A stretch of 64,000 nt of DNA from Mustelus asterias (taxonomy: Eukaryota). The notes beneath the pieces were generated by a model, which worked only from the letters and a program-made list of their open reading frames with translations, was not told where the DNA came from and made no database searches. Shown here piece by piece: positions 13,110 through 26,570 of this stretch. Positions within the stretch are counted from its first letter, which is position 1. Every line of letters starts with the position of its first letter. A program made the position numbers and the translations under genes. Location: assembly GCF_964213995.1 (NCBI RefSeq), contig NC_135812.1, forward strand, positions 43,586,001-43,650,000. The letters are read 5' to 3'.

Positions 13110-14210
13110 CAGGACTCAGCTTGATTAGTATATTAGAGGAGTTGGTCATTTGGCCCCTTAAGACTGTTCTGCCATTCAATAAGATCATAGCCCCATTTTC
13201 CTGCCTGTTCCTTTTAAACCTTGACTCCACTGTAGATCAAAAATCAGTCTAACTCAGCCTTGAATACATTCAATCTTAACTGTCTGTTGGGGGAGAGAAT
13301 TCTAAAGATCAATAAACCCCAAAGAAATTTCTCCTCGGATCTTTCTTAAACAGGAAATCCCTGATTTTGAAACTATGGCCCCTAGTTCTAGATTCCCTCA
13401 TGAGGGGAAACATCATTTCAGCAGGTACTCTGTCAACTATCCTCAGAATCTATATGTTTCAAGGAGATCACCCTCATTCTTCTAAACTCCACTGAATACA
13501 GGCCCATTTTTCATTAGACAACCCCTTTGTCCCAGGAATTAACTATCTCTGAACTGCCTTTAATGCAAGTATATCCATCCTTAAATAAGGAGACCAAAAC
13601 TGTACACACACTTATAGGTGTGGTCTCAGCAATGCCCTGTACAGCTGCAGCAAGACTTCCCTATGTTTACTCACCATCCCTTTTGCAATAAAGGCCAAAA
13701 TTCCATTTGCCTTCCGAATTACATGTTGTACCTGTGTGCCAATTTTGTGATTAGTGTACAAGGTCACCCAGATTCCTCTGTACAGCAACGGACCTGGGTT
13801 AGATTCCCAGCGTGGGTCAGATTCCCAGCTTGGGTCACTGTCTCTGCATGGGTTTCCTCCAGTTTCTTCCCACAGCCCGAAAGACTGGGAGGCCTGACAG
13901 CCCACAGCCCGAAAGATGTGCTGGTTAGGTGCATTAACCATGCTAAATTCTCCCTCAGTGTGCCCGAACAGATGCCAGACTAGGCAACTAGGGGATTTTC
14001 ACAGTAACTTCATTACAGTATTAATGTAAACCTACTTGGGACACTAATAAATAAACTTTAAAAAAAACTTTTCTGCAGTTGCTATTAATTTTTAACACAT
14101 GTTCTGCTTTTCTATTCTTTCTGCCAAAGTGGACAAACCTATTATATTCTTTGTCAAATGTTTGCCCATTCACAAAATACCTATATCCCTTAGTGCTGCC
14201 TTGCATTGGA
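13110..14210 (-). mobile_element. CR1 LINE 3' portion interrupted by a SINE (about 13785-14060, plus strand)
   Basis: Translations IRKANGILAFIAKG...VLLQLYRALLRPHL and VHFGRKNRKA. The SINE ends in AATAAATAAACTTT. Confidence 0.8.
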
Positions 14211-14289
14211 CACTGAGGTCCCTAGTACATTATGCACCAATGCTTTATTCCAAATGGTGTTCAACATGGAGAAGTACTAATTAATTAGA

Positions 14290-14700
14290 GGGTAGTAGGT
14301 GATAGTCAGCAGGAAATCTCCCTGTCCATGTTTGACAATGTCATGCGACTGTATGAGAAGAGTCACTCCCTCCAGACCGTATATAAATGTTCCATTATCT
14401 TTGGTGGGTCTGTCCTACAGGAAGCTGTCTGGGAAGTTGGCTGAAAGGTAGGATTCTGAATGACTACGTTGGACTGTTTCTTGACTCATCTGTGGGTTAT
14501 CACTTCCAAATTTAGCATCACGTGTTCGTGAGGAGTTTGCAGGGTTTGATTAGATTGTGTGCGCTTTTGTGTCAGTACCTCGGTTGATATCGGGTGGTTC
14601 ATTCAGTTTTAATCTTGTAGCTGTTTAACTCAACTGAGTAACTTGCTAGACCAATTCGGAGTGCAGTTCAGGGTCAACCATATTGTGGTGGGGCCACTAC
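14290..14700 (-). mobile_element. Degenerate LINE endonuclease-region fragment
   Basis: Decayed similarity to a shark LINE APE region (GACAGACCCACC...CAAACATGGACAGGGAGATTTCCTGCTGACTATCACCTAC on the minus strand); identified by recall only. Confidence 0.4.
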
Positions 14701-15869
14701 AAAATGACGTAACACACAAGTTAGTCATAACCTCCTTGGCCTTTCCAGGTCTATTCCAACAGCACTGTCAAATTTACACTGTTCCTTTTAGTTGCACAAA
14801 ACCTCATCCATCTCAAACCCTACGAACCAACTGCAGAAACACGTGCAATTCATTTTCTAATTGTCTAACATACAAAACAATTAAATGTCGCTGGACTATT
14901 CTGTGGTTGCAACAATCACCTTTGCATTCACAAGTTTCCTGTTATTCTTTCTGGCTTCCTGTGAAGGCCATGGTGTCAGTGTGCAGACAGCTGTAAAACC
15001 ATTCTGTATAATCTGGCCCACGTGTCTGTCAAATAATATTTTATCTATACTTCCGAGCAGCCCAACCCTATTGATATTCCAACAGTTTAAAAACCTTGCA
15101 CACAAAATAGGTTGGACATTCCTCAAAGCATTGGAAAATAAATCAGGAATAGTGATAACATTAAGTAGTGGCTGTTATTTTAGGTTAACATACAGTCCTT
15201 TCACCTCTCAGGCCGAGACAAATACAAAATGTCTCCTCTTTTTTTAGCTGCATATTGGTGCTACGTAAAGGCCTCCCAAACTGGTCCCATGTAGGGATTC
15301 CAAAGGACAACATGACCTATAATTCAGTACAAATTAGCTCTCATTTAAAAAGGTACAAGAGGGCTGACACTGAAGTTACACTTGGGCTCCCTGTCTAACA
15401 TTCAGATTGTCCTAAACCTAACAGGACATGCCTGATCCTGATGCTGGAAGTCAATGTGGGAGTGTTCCATTCTTTGGCACTATTATCTAATGACTCAAAA
15501 TTCATCCAGAAATGTCATGATTTGTCTAAAACCTCTCCTATTTGTATAGCATCATGGAATATTCTTTACTTTCAAGGCAGTACGTTATTCTTGCAGCTCC
15601 CAATGTAGTAGAGAATCTGACCTTCAGCTTCCTGAAATGGGACAGAGATCTGGTGCTTTCCCAGAAGGAAAGTTTGGGGAGAGTGGCAATGGTCTGGGAG
15701 CTGATCCCTACTAGAACCAGTGATGTCAGGACCCACTTTTTCACAGAAAGGAAAATCTGAAACTCTTCCCCCAAAAAGCTGCTGACACTAATTCAACTGA
15801 AAATCACAAAACTGACTGCTACTTTGTTTGTTGAGCAAAGAAATAAAGAATTATGAAACAAGGTGCGCT

Positions 15870-16674
15870 AGAGGAATGGACTTCAACCCAGATAAATGCG
15901 TAGTGGTCCATTTTGGCAGGTCAAATGGGATGAAGGAGTACAATATAAAGGGAAAGACTCTTAGTACTGTAGAGGATCAGAAGGACCTTGGGGTCTGGGG
16001 CCATAGGACTCTAAAATCGGCCCCGCAGGTGGAGGAGGTGGTTAAGAAGGCGTATGGTGTGCTGGCCTTTATCAATCGAGGGATTGAGTTTAGGAGTCCG
16101 GGGATAATGACGCAGCTATATAAGACCCTCGTCAGACCCCACTTGGAGTACTGTGCTCAGTTCTGGTCGCCTCACTATAGGAAGGATGTGGAAAAGATTG
16201 AAAGGGTGCAGAGGAGATTTACAAGGATGTTGCCTGGATTGAGTGGCATGCCTTATGAGGATAGGCTGAGGGAGCTCAGTCTTTTCTCCTTGGAGAGACG
16301 TAGGATGAGAGGAGATCTAATAGAGATATACAAGATGTTGAGAGGCATAGATCGGGTGGACTCTGAGGCTTTTTCCCAGGGTGGAAATGGCTGCTACGAG
16401 AGGACACAGGTTTAAGGTGCTGGGGGGTAGGTACAGGGGAAATGTTAGGGGGAAGTTTTTCACACAGAGGGTGGTGGGCGAGTGGAATCGGCTGCCGTCA
16501 GTGGTGGTGGAAGCAAACTCAATAGGGTCTTTTGAGAGACTCCTGGATGAGTACATGGGACTTAATAGGATGGAGGGTTATAGGTAGGCCTAAAAGGTAG
16601 GGATATGTTTGGCACAACTTGTGGGGCCGAAGGGCCTGTTTTGTGCTGTAGTTTTTCTATGTTCTATGTTTCTA
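15870..16674 (+). mobile_element. Young 5'-truncated CR1 LINE nested in an older CR1 3' end
   Basis: ORF FNPDKCVVVHFG...LVRPHLEYCAQFWSPHY...RRMRGDLIEIYK, followed by a (TTCTATG)n tail. Confidence 0.93.
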
Positions 16675-16927
16675 AAATATAGATCAATCGTCAAATTGAA
16701 TGGCAGAACTGGTTTTGAGAGACTGAAAGGCTCACCCCCGTTCCTTTGCAAATCAAACCATGGTTAAATAAGCATCCAAAATCAAAAGTAAAAACTTCAG
16801 ACTGTTTTAACAATTCTTACAATTGGTGGATTTTAAAAGGGATCTTAACTTGACATGACTCAGAAAAGAACTACAAAGAATCTTCAGATTCAAGACTAGA
16901 GCTGGAATACAGCACCACTTTTATATT

Positions 16928-17280
16928 GGGGGAGGTAATGACCCAGTGGTATTATTGCTGGACTATTAATCCAGAAACTCAGCTAATGTTCTGGGGACCT
17001 GAGTTCGAATCCCACCATAGCAGATGATGGAATTTGAATTCAATAAAATAAAAAATCTGGAATTAAGAATCTACTGATGACCATGAAACCATTGTTGGAA
17101 AAACCCACCTGGTTCACTAATGTCCTTTAGGGAAGGAAATCTGCTGTCCTTACCTGGTCTGGCCGACATGTGATTCCAGAGCTACAGCAATGTGGCTGAC
17201 TCTCAACTGGCCCCAAAGGAAAACTAGGCTTGAGCAATAAATGCTGGCCAGCCAGTGGCGCCATTGTCCCACAAATTAAT
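16928..17280 (+). mobile_element. tRNA-derived SINE sharing its 3' tail with the LINE family at 1-335
   Basis: Head CAGTGGTATTATTGCTGGACT...GAGTTCGAATCCCACC; tail GCAATAAATGCTGGCC. Confidence 0.7.
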
Positions 17281-18249
17281 TTTTAAAAATTAATGGTTTC
17301 ATTTATCCATTTTTACAGAAGTGGCTGTATAAGCCAGACTTCAGAACACATCTCACACCCACCTGCATTAACCAAAGCTGAGAGAGGTCTCTGAATAACA
17401 CATGGTTTAAGGACCTGATAGGTCAAAAACGCTAGTTCTTGAGTTCACAGTAGCTGTAGTTTAACTCTAAATAGCCCAGGTGGCCCACTGGATCCACTTG
17501 AAGCAGTGTGTGGGAGATCTTTCAAATCTGATACACTGGCATTACTGTTCTACTCACTTTGTTTATAGTATTTCTGAAGCCAGTACTAGAATGGCTCTGC
17601 ACAAATGATCAGTGTCTGTGTAATCATATCAATAACAAACCTGATCTCTGCGCATGATCATCATTTCAGGCAGCAAATTACCAACAGGCACTAAACCCTG
17701 ATCACAATTTCACTGACAAATGTCAATTTGAGCAATTCAAAAAGCACTAACAACCTATTCTGGAATATAAGACTACTTACTAAGAATTAGAAATCAGTGT
17801 TTGGTAGCTCTTTTTATATTTGCCCCCTCTTGGTGTTTATGGGAAATTAAGTGTATTATTTTGCAAAATTCTGGATCATCAGTATAACGTTGCAACAAAC
17901 TCCATCTGCACCTGAAGGAAATCAGGAACAGGAGCGAGCCTTTTAGCCTCTTGGGCTTCTCCACTTTTTCAAAGAGATTTTGGCTAAACTGTAGCCTAAC
18001 TCCAAATATCCTCCTGTACCCCAAATCCCTCAATACCACTGATAGATTCTTGTTAATCAATCTCAAATTTAAAAAAAGTTACAATTGGCCCAGCATCAAT
18101 TGCCATCTACAGGAGTGTTCTAAACTTGTACCACCCTGTGTGTGCAGAAGTGTTTCCTAATTTCACACCCAAAAGATCTGGCACTAAATTTTAGTAAGAG
18201 TTCTAACAACACCAGGTTAAAGTCCAACAGGTTTATTTGGTAGCAAATA

Positions 18250-18286
18250 CTATTAGCTTTCGGAGCCCTGCTCCTTCGTCAGATGG
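18250..18286 (-). ncRNA. Minimal type-I hammerhead ribozyme motif (one stem-I mismatch)
   Basis: Minus strand reads CCAT-CTGACGA-A-GGAGC agg GCTCC-GAAA-GC-TA-ATAG. Confidence 0.7.
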
Positions 18287-18352
18287 AGTGGATATCTGCT
18301 CAAACAGGGCATACAGAGACACAAAATCAAGTTACAGAATACTGATCAGAAT

Positions 18353-18853
18353 ACCACACAACCTCAAACAGACCACTGTCCGCAGCAAACTACCCAGCCT
18401 TCAGGAGAACAGTGACCACGACACCACACAACCCTGCCACAGCAACCTCTGCAAGACGTGCCGGTCATCGACACGGATGCCATCATCTCATGTGAGAACA
18501 CCATCTACCAGGTACACAGTACCTACTCTTGCAACTCGACCAACGTTGTCTACCTGATACGCTGCAGGAAAGGATGTCCCGAGGCATGGTACATTGGGGA
18601 AACCATGCAGACGCTACGACAACGGATGAATGAACACCGCTCGACAATCACCAGGCAAGACTGCTCTCTTCCTGTGGGGGAGCACTTCAGCGGTCATGGG
18701 CATTCAGCCTCTGATCTTCGGGTAAGCGTTCTCCAAGACTGCCTTCACGATACATGACAGCGCAGAGTCGCTGACCTGAAACTGATAGCCAAGTTCCGCA
18801 CACATGAGGACAGCCTAAACCGGGATCTTGGGTTTATGTCACACTATCAGTAA
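18353..18853 (+). pseudogene. PLE C-terminal GIY-YIG endonuclease (frameshifted, one internal stop)
   Basis: Cys-rich linker CHSNLCKTC, then NVVYLIRC...WYIGET...LRQRMNEHR...VGEHF...LNRD; TAA at 18851-18853. Confidence 0.88.
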
Positions 18854-19064
18854 CCCCCACAGCTTGCCTCCTGGATTTGCAGAATCTCACTGGCTGTCCT
18901 GTCTGGAGACAATACACATCTCTTTAACCTGTGCTTAATGCTCCCTCCACTCACATCGTCTGTATCTTTAAGACCTGGTTGGCTGTAGAGGTTCGCATTC
19001 TAATCTGTATTCTGTAACTTGATTTTGTGTCTCTGTATGCCCTGTTTGAGAGCAGATATCCACT

Positions 19065-19101
19065 CCATCTGATGAAGGAGCAGTGCTCCGAAAGCTAATG
19101 G
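19065..19101 (+). ncRNA. Minimal type-I hammerhead ribozyme motif (intact)
   Basis: CCAT-CTGATGA-A-GGAGC agt GCTCC-GAAA-GC-TA-ATGG. Stem I is CCAT/ATGG, stem II is 5 bp, and helix III is reduced to a palindrome. Confidence 0.82.
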
Positions 19102-19594
19102 CATTTGCTACCAAATAAACCTGTTGGACTTTAACCTGGTGTTGTTAAAACTCTTACTGTGTTTACCCCAGTCCAATGTCGGCATCTCCACATCATGACT
19201 AAATTTTAGACCATGCCTCTTAGTCCTTGCCTTTCCAACCAGCAGAAGTATTTTTCTCTGTCCACCCCATCAGTTCTCCTTAATACCTTGAAGATTTTGA
19301 CCAAACTCATGAGTGTAAAATGAATGTTTTAACTTTAATTTGCCGCAGATCCTAATTATTTCCCACCATCTCCCACAGCTCGATTTCAGAACAGTTTCAT
19401 AAATTGGCTTTTCAACATTCAATTTTTGCTGGAAACGTGATGTCACTAAGCACAGAAAACAAAGGGAATTTATACCTACTCAAATGGAGCAATACTGTTT
19501 TGTATTATTACAGTGGCGCCAAAGACCTTCTGCCAAATGGATTGCTATGAATTTCTTTCATCGCCAATCCACGGCACCCTGTATCTATCTGCTT

Positions 19595-19789
19595 GATGTG
19601 GAGATGCCGGCGTTGGACTGGGGGTAAGCACAGTAAGAAGTCTCACAACACCAGGTTAAAGTCCAACAGGTTTATTTGGTAGCAAATACCATAAGCTTTC
19701 GGAGCAAGGGGCAGCGCTCCGAAAGCTTATGGTATTTGCTACCAAATAAACCTGTTGGACTTTAACCTGGTGTTGTGAGACTTCTTACT
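19595..19789 (-). mobile_element. Short non-coding PLE fold-back element (family A)
   Basis: About 75-bp near-perfect inverted arms plus the family-A tail; flanking duplication CTATCTGCTT; hammerhead core truncated in both arms. Confidence 0.85.
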
Positions 19790-20754
19790 CTATCTGCTTG
19801 TTGCAGAGAGCACTGCTAGGTTTTGCTCAGTTCACAACTGGACTGGCCACATTTAAAACCAGTTTGTAGACACAGAACAGATCTGCACATATCCGTACAA
19901 TTTTGTAGTTTTGAAATGTAATTGCAAAATGAAATTTTGGTTTTCCAGTCTCAAAATTGCTGCTGGCTATCCCTTAATTTAGACTTTTGTTATTCCAACT
20001 GTTTCGCAGGCTAGACAGAAAAGTTCATTTTGTTTCATTTTAGGGTTAAAATTGGATGCTTAATTGAAAGAAATTTGGTCAAGTAAAAAATTAAGAATAA
20101 ATTTTTTAAAAATCAAGAACGGGTTTTGAATATCCATCACCTCCTCCAACCAACACCACCACCCCCTCTCTAAGGCCCTATTTGCCCTCCCTCAGTGGTC
20201 GGCTCTGACTGTTGTACCCCTACTGCTCTCCATTGCCCTTCCCCAGCACTTCTCCCTTCCACTGCTCAACATCACTGCTGACTCCTCCTTATCTCACACC
20301 TCCTCCCTTCTCCTCCCACCCCACCCCCACGTTGGATTCATTACCTCACATCCTCTAACCTCAAAAGTTTAAATTGATCTTGATTGCTTGTAGGAGATTT
20401 TGTAAGTTGTGAACATTCATATAGCATATGTCTCAGAAAAGTACTTTGCATGTACGCACACAATGAGTTGCAGACTAATGTTAAGTGGGTGGATGTGTGG
20501 GTGCCTGTGGCAACGATGATGCACAAACAGCAATTAAATTATTGAAAGTTGTACTATATTTGGTGGTGTTTGAGGGGGGGGGGGGGGTGGAATATAGGTC
20601 AGGATTATTTTTAAATTCATCCTTGAGATGTGAGCATCATGAGTAAGGCCAGCATTTATTGCCCATCCTTAGTTGCCATTGAGACGACAATGGTGGGCAC
20701 TTCTTGAACCACTGCGGTCCATGTGTTGTAAGAACACCCACATTGCAGTGCTGT

Positions 20755-21945
20755 TAGAAGCATAGAAACTAGGAGCAAGTGTAGGCCATTCGGCCTTCAA
20801 ACTTGCTCCAACATTGAACACAACAATGACTGATCCTCTATCTCAACGCCATATTCCTGCTTTCTCCCCATACTTCGTGATGCCACTAAACTCGAAAAAA
20901 AACTTCTTGAATAAATTCAGTGACTTGACCTCCACAGCCTTCTGTGTTAGAGAATTCAACAGATTCATTACCCTTTTGAGTGAAGAAATGTTTCCTCATC
21001 TCAAGTGGTCTATCCCGTATCCTGAGACTGTATCCCCTGGTTCTACATTCCCCAACCAGGAAAAACATTCTCCCTGCATCTAGGTTGTTCAGCCCTGTCA
21101 GAATTTTATATGTTTCAATCAGATCTCCTCTCATTCTTTAAACTCTACCGAATATAGGCCCAGAAGAGTCCCACCAACTCCAGTATCAGCTTAGTGAACC
21201 TGCGCTGCACTCCCTCTATGGCAAGTATATTCTTCTGAGGTAAGGAGACCAAACCTGCATGCAATACTCCAGGTGTGGTATTACCAAAGCCCAGTACAGC
21301 TGCAGTAAGATATCCCTTCTTCTGAACTCGAATCCTCGAGCAATGAAGACCAGCATATCATGAGCCTTCATAATTGCTTGCTGCACCTATCGCTCCACTT
21401 TCATTGACTAGTGTAAAAGGACACCCAGATCCCTTTATACATCCACACTTCCCTATATATCACCATTTAAATAATACTCTTCCTTTCTGTTATTTACACC
21501 AAAGTGTATAACTTCACATTCAGCCACATTGTACTACATCAGCAATGTGTTTGCCCACTCAACTTGTCTAAATCAACTTGAAGTTTCCTTGCATCCTCCT
21601 CACAACTCCACCCAGTTTGGTGTCACCAGCAAACCTGGAAATGTTACATTTGGTTCCCTCATCCAGATTAGTTATACAATATATCTATATACATTGTAAG
21701 TAGCCGGGCTCAAGTGTTACCCCACTCTGTTTCCTGTTGGTTAATCAATTCTTAATCTATGCCAATACATCACCCCCTATACCTCTTATGGAGGAACCTT
21801 ATCAAAACTCAAAAGTCCAAATACACCACATCCACTGGTTCTCCCTTATTGATTTTATTCATTACATCTTCAAAAAGCTCCAGTAGATTTCTTTCATAAA
21901 CCCATGCTGGCTTTGTCCAACCCCGCTAATGCTTTCCAAATGTTC
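20755..21945 (-). mobile_element. 5'-truncated CR1 LINE nested in a LINE 3' fragment
   Basis: Translations MRGDLIETYKIL...RTRGYSLRIR and SQHGFMK; the host repeat continues at 20617-20755 and 21950-22395. Confidence 0.85.
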
Positions 21946-23616
21946 TGTAATGGGAGAGAATTCCAGGATTTTGACCCAACGACAGCGAAGAAACAATGAT
22001 CTAATTCCTAGTCTGGATGGTATGTGGCTAGAAGGAAACTTGCAGGTAGTGGTGTTCCCATGCATCTGCTGCCCTTGTCCTTCTAGCTGGTAGAGGTTGT
22101 AGGTTTGGAAGATGCTATCGAATGAGCCTTGGCAAGTTGCTGCAGTGCATCTTGTAAATGTTATGCACTGCAGCCACTGTATGTTGGTGGTAAAGAGAAT
22201 GAATATTTAATATGTTGGATGGGGCGCCAATCAAGCAGGACATGTGTCTTCGAAGGTGTCAAGCTTCGAGTATTGTTAGAGCTGTACTCATCTAGGCAAG
22301 TCACATTCCTGACTTGTGCCTTGTAGATGGTGGAATGGCTTTGGGGAGCCAGGAGGTGGGTTACACAGTGTAGAATTCCCAGCCTTTAACCAGCTCTCAT
22401 CATCTCAACAATCTGAAGGGGGTCACTCATTAGTGTGCCAGCTTTAACTTGTGCTGAGGTCCTGGTGTAAGGCTCAAATCCACAACCTTCTACTCACTTA
22501 TACAAGATCCTTCAATCATTTCGCAAACAATGAACATGTCGTGCAGTGCAGCAAACTGGATCACAAGACACATTCCAATCTTGTGTCAAAAGTGTACTTG
22601 TGTAGAGCCATATGGTACTAAATTTATTTCAGCTGCAGAAAATCTCAAGTCAACAGTATTACATTATTTGTACATTCCAATGCTAATTCATGACACAATT
22701 GCATAGAAATAATTTTGGAGTTGGGTACTGGTATCTGTACCTTGTCTCTATTTCACAATACTGGTGTTTAATCATAAACACGTAGCTACAGGCAATAATA
22801 GTGCCTTAGTAATATAAAATAAAAGGTAGCGCTGCTGATATGAATGTCTTGGCTGCAGGGTAAACATAACATCAAACTGCAAGAGTCCTGAATAAGGGCA
22901 TTACAGCCAAATTTCTTTCCTGTGTTGTTTCACCAGCATTTCCCATCTTTATTTCAGATTTTCAGCATGTTAGACAAAACTTAATTTTGGGAAATGGGAG
23001 CATACATTTTGGAAAAAATATTGAAGGAAGTATTTCCCTTTAATAGCGAAAAAAAAGAGATCTAGGAGTTCCGAAATATTAAATGTGACATGAATTTGCA
23101 TTGCATCTTTATCACAGGGTAACATTCCAAGATTCGCAAAAATGTCTTGGAAGGGTACTCCAGAGATAGAAGCAAGGTTGCTAACGGCTTACACCAACGA
23201 AGAAATGAAGGGAAGAGAGAGTGTACACAGAAGCGCAGAAGAAAGGAATACTCAATAGGGATTTATAGGACCGGAACAACCTGTGGAAGCAGGGGTAGGG
23301 AAGATTGTGGAAGTATTTATAGACAGTGACAAGGATTTTAAATATACTGAAAAGAACAAAAGCAAGGTGATAATGTCCACCTCCACAAAATCATTATTTA
23401 AACATCAGTTGCAATACTGCTTCCAATTTAGGATTGCCCACTTTAGCAAGGGAAACAGGGCCACAGACTGAAGGGCAGAAAAGAATTTTTAAGATAATAA
23501 GGATTAGAAACAAAAACCCATGGAATAAAAGTGACTTTGCATGGATTCAAAGTTGGCCGAGTGACAGGAAACAGCAGAGCATGGTGCATGTGCAGAGCAT
23601 GGGAATCTGATTGAGG

Positions 23617-23916
23617 TGGCACAGTGGTTAGCACTGCTGCCTCACAGCCAGGGACCCAGGTTCAATGCCAGCCTCGGGTCACTGTCTGTGTGGTGTTTGC
23701 ACTTTCTCCGAGTCTGCATGGGATTCCTCCGGGTGCTCCGGTTTCCTCCCACAGTCCAAAGATGTGCGCGTTAGGTTAATTGGCCATGCTAAATTGACTC
23801 TTGTGTCAGGCGATTTGCAGGGTAAGTGTGTGGGATTACAGGAACAGGGCCTGGGTGAGATTGTGTTGGTACAGACTCAATGGGCCGAATGGCCTCCTTC
23901 TGTACTGTAGGGATTC
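23617..23916 (+). mobile_element. HE1-like SINE
   Basis: Complete head, core and tail. Confidence 0.9.
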
Positions 23917-25582
23917 TGTGGTGAACGGTTGTTTTTTGGATTGGAAGATGATAAACAGTGGGATTCCCCCAGAGGTTGGTCTAAGTAAGGATCACTGCTT
24001 TTCTTGATCTATATTAATAATCTAGATGTGTGGGGGGCAGGGCAAGATTTCAATCAGCAGATGAAACAAAACTTACAAGTATTTTGAACTGTGAAGGGGA
24101 TAGTAATAGATTCCAAGAAGATAAAGGCAGGTTGGTGGAATAGGTTAACATGTGGCAGATTAATTTTAAGGCAGAGAAAGTGTGAAGCGATATATTTTGA
24201 TAGCAGGAACAAGAAAATGTAATGTAAAATAAAAGGTACAATTTTAAATTCGTGCAAGAGCAGAGGGACTTGGTAGTGTATGCACACAAACCACTGAAGG
24301 TGGCAGGGCAGGTTAGAATAGAATAGAATCCCTACAGTGCAGGAGACCATTCGGCCCATCATGCCTGCACCGACCACAATCCCATCCAGACCTTATCCCT
24401 GTAACCCCACGTATTTACCCTGCTAATCCCCCTGACACTAGGGACAATTTAGCTTGGCCAATCAACCTAACCCGCACATCTTTAGACTGTGGGAGGAAAC
24501 TGGAGCACTCGGAGGAAACCCACGCAGACACAGGGAGAAAATGCAGACTCCACACAGACAGTGACCCGAGGCCAGAATTGAACCCGGGTCCCTGGCGCTG
24601 TGAGGCAGCAGTGCTAATCTTTGCTGGCCCATGATCTTTCTCTCAGAAAGTTCCCACAGTAAATTTATTCCTCAGCAGCAGTGAAAGGGAAGTGGGGGTT
24701 GCTGGCTCCATCCACAAGGTTAAGTGGCTTTCCCAGCAGCACTCAGGAGCCAGGAACTGGAGCCTCCTCTCTGCCAATCACCATTTTTCTCCACGCCATA
24801 GGTGACTATCACCCCTTGTCCCACAATAGCCTCTCTCGCCATGTCCCGATTGCAGTCAACCTTCCCTTCTCATCCCCACAACTGCAGCAGTGAGCCGGCC
24901 TTTTATCCCACCCGCCCAACAAGCTGCCTCCTGTTGTTGAAAAAGCAATTAACAAGGCAGACAGGATTCTGATCTTTATAACTGGAAGCACAGATTACAA
25001 AATCAAGGAAGTTATGATTACCCTTTATAAGACACTGGTTCTGCCTCAATTGGAGTATTGCGTTCAATTCAGGGTGCCAAACTTTACAAGGATGTGAAGC
25101 CATTGCAGAAGGTGCAGAAAGATTTACAAGAATAATTCCAAAAATTAGACACCTTAGTTCAGTGAACAGATTGACAAAGCTGAGGCAATTCTCCTTAGAA
25201 AAGATTTGGATTGAGGTATTCAAAACCATGACAGGTCCGTTCAGAGTAGATAGTGAGACAATGTTCCTATTGGCAGAAGAGTTGAGGACAAGATGACAAT
25301 TAATTAAGGTGACTAGCAAAAGAACCAAACGTGACATGAGGGAAAACTTTATTATGCAGAGTGTGGTTAGGATCTGGAATGGATTGCCTGAGAATTTGAT
25401 TGAGATAGGTTCAATCGTGGTTTTCTAAAGGGAATTGGATTTTCATCCAAAGAGAAAGATTTGTAGGGCTGTGGAGAAAAGGCAGGCAAGTGGGACTAGG
25501 CAAGTTACTCTTATAGAGAACCAGCACAGACAAGTGGGGCTGAATAGCTTCCTCCTGTGCAGCAACCATTCAATTATTCTAT
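23917..25582 (+). mobile_element. Degenerate CR1 RT/3' region interrupted by an HE1-like SINE (about 24320-24620, minus) and other sequence
   Basis: Decayed NSGIP..G / YINNLD / ADETKL motifs; YKTLVLPQLEYCVQF; CR1 3' UTR. Confidence 0.7.
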
Positions 25583-26214
25583 GAAATTGGTTAAAAGGAG
25601 GTTGGATGGAAATCAAAATTGACAAATCAGGAGGTATTATCACTGGTGGATCAGTAATGAGGGGGGCCATAAAATGAACGGTAATTAGCAAAAGAACAAA
25701 AGGAGAAGTTAGGATTGCTTTCTTTTTAAAAAAAATAGGGCCTGGTCGGACATGAAATGCCCTAAAGACAGCTTGATCCTAGATGTTGGAATATGACCAA
25801 TTTCAGGCTCTGAAATTACCCCATTACCCAATACTTCTACAAATGTGGCGAGTCATATTGGTTTGTGGGACAATTCCATGGAGCCCAAAATAGCTGCCTT
25901 TCAGTCTCCAGCATGAGCACACTTATGTTGGGAACGCAAGTACCATACTATTTCAAAAATTACCAAAGGAGCTTCATTCCAGTGGTGAGATGAGAATGAC
26001 TGCCCTTGAAATCAAGGCAACATTTGACTGAGTGTGACATCAAGGAGCATTCAGCTAAGAAGAGAGGCTGGGTTTGTTTTCCTTGGAGCAGAGAAGGCTG
26101 AGGGGGACCTGGTTGAGGTGTACAAAATTATGAGGGACAATAATAGGGTAGATAGGAAGAAGCATTTCCCCTTCATAAGGGGGGGGAAAGGCTTGCAACG
26201 GGATCTTGATCATT

Positions 26215-26487
26215 TGCCCCATCGAGGCTGCACCAACAACAATCCCACCCAAACCCTATCCCCATAACCCCACATTTACCCTGCTTATCCCCCTGACAAA
26301 ATGGGGCAATTTAGCATGGCCAATCAACCTAACCCGCACAATTTTGAAGTGTGGAAGGAAACCGGAGCACCCAGAGGAAACCCACGGATACATGGGGACA
26401 ATGTGCAATCTCCACACAGACAGTGACCCGACGCTGGAATCAAACCTGGGTCCCTGGCACTGTGCTAACCACTATGCCACCGTCCCG
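26215..26487 (-). mobile_element. HE1-like SINE
   Basis: Reverse-complement SINE core. Confidence 0.85.
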
Positions 26488-26570
26488 TCCCACTAAATGT
26501 AACTAAAAGTGCTATTGTCAACAGACCGATCTTGTCAATTAAACAGGTGGAAAGGTTCCTCAAAGAACTC

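Larger units (their letters stand above)
18193..19197 (+). mobile_element. 5'-truncated Penelope-like retroelement with inverted 5' terminal repeat, inserted into an old CR1
   Basis: GIY-YIG remnant; about 160-bp inverted arms at 18193-18352 and 18997-19158, plus a 3' extension; flanking duplication ACTAAATTTTAG (18183-18194 and 19198-19209). The CR1 3' end reads continuously across the insertion. Confidence 0.9.

Noticed and set aside
19595-19789. Long hairpin as a pre-miRNA or cut-and-paste MITE, and as an active ribozyme
   Set aside because: The arms match the termini of the GIY-YIG-coding PLE at 18193-19197, the tail is asymmetric, and the TSD is about 10 bp. Both arms lack the CTGANGA core.
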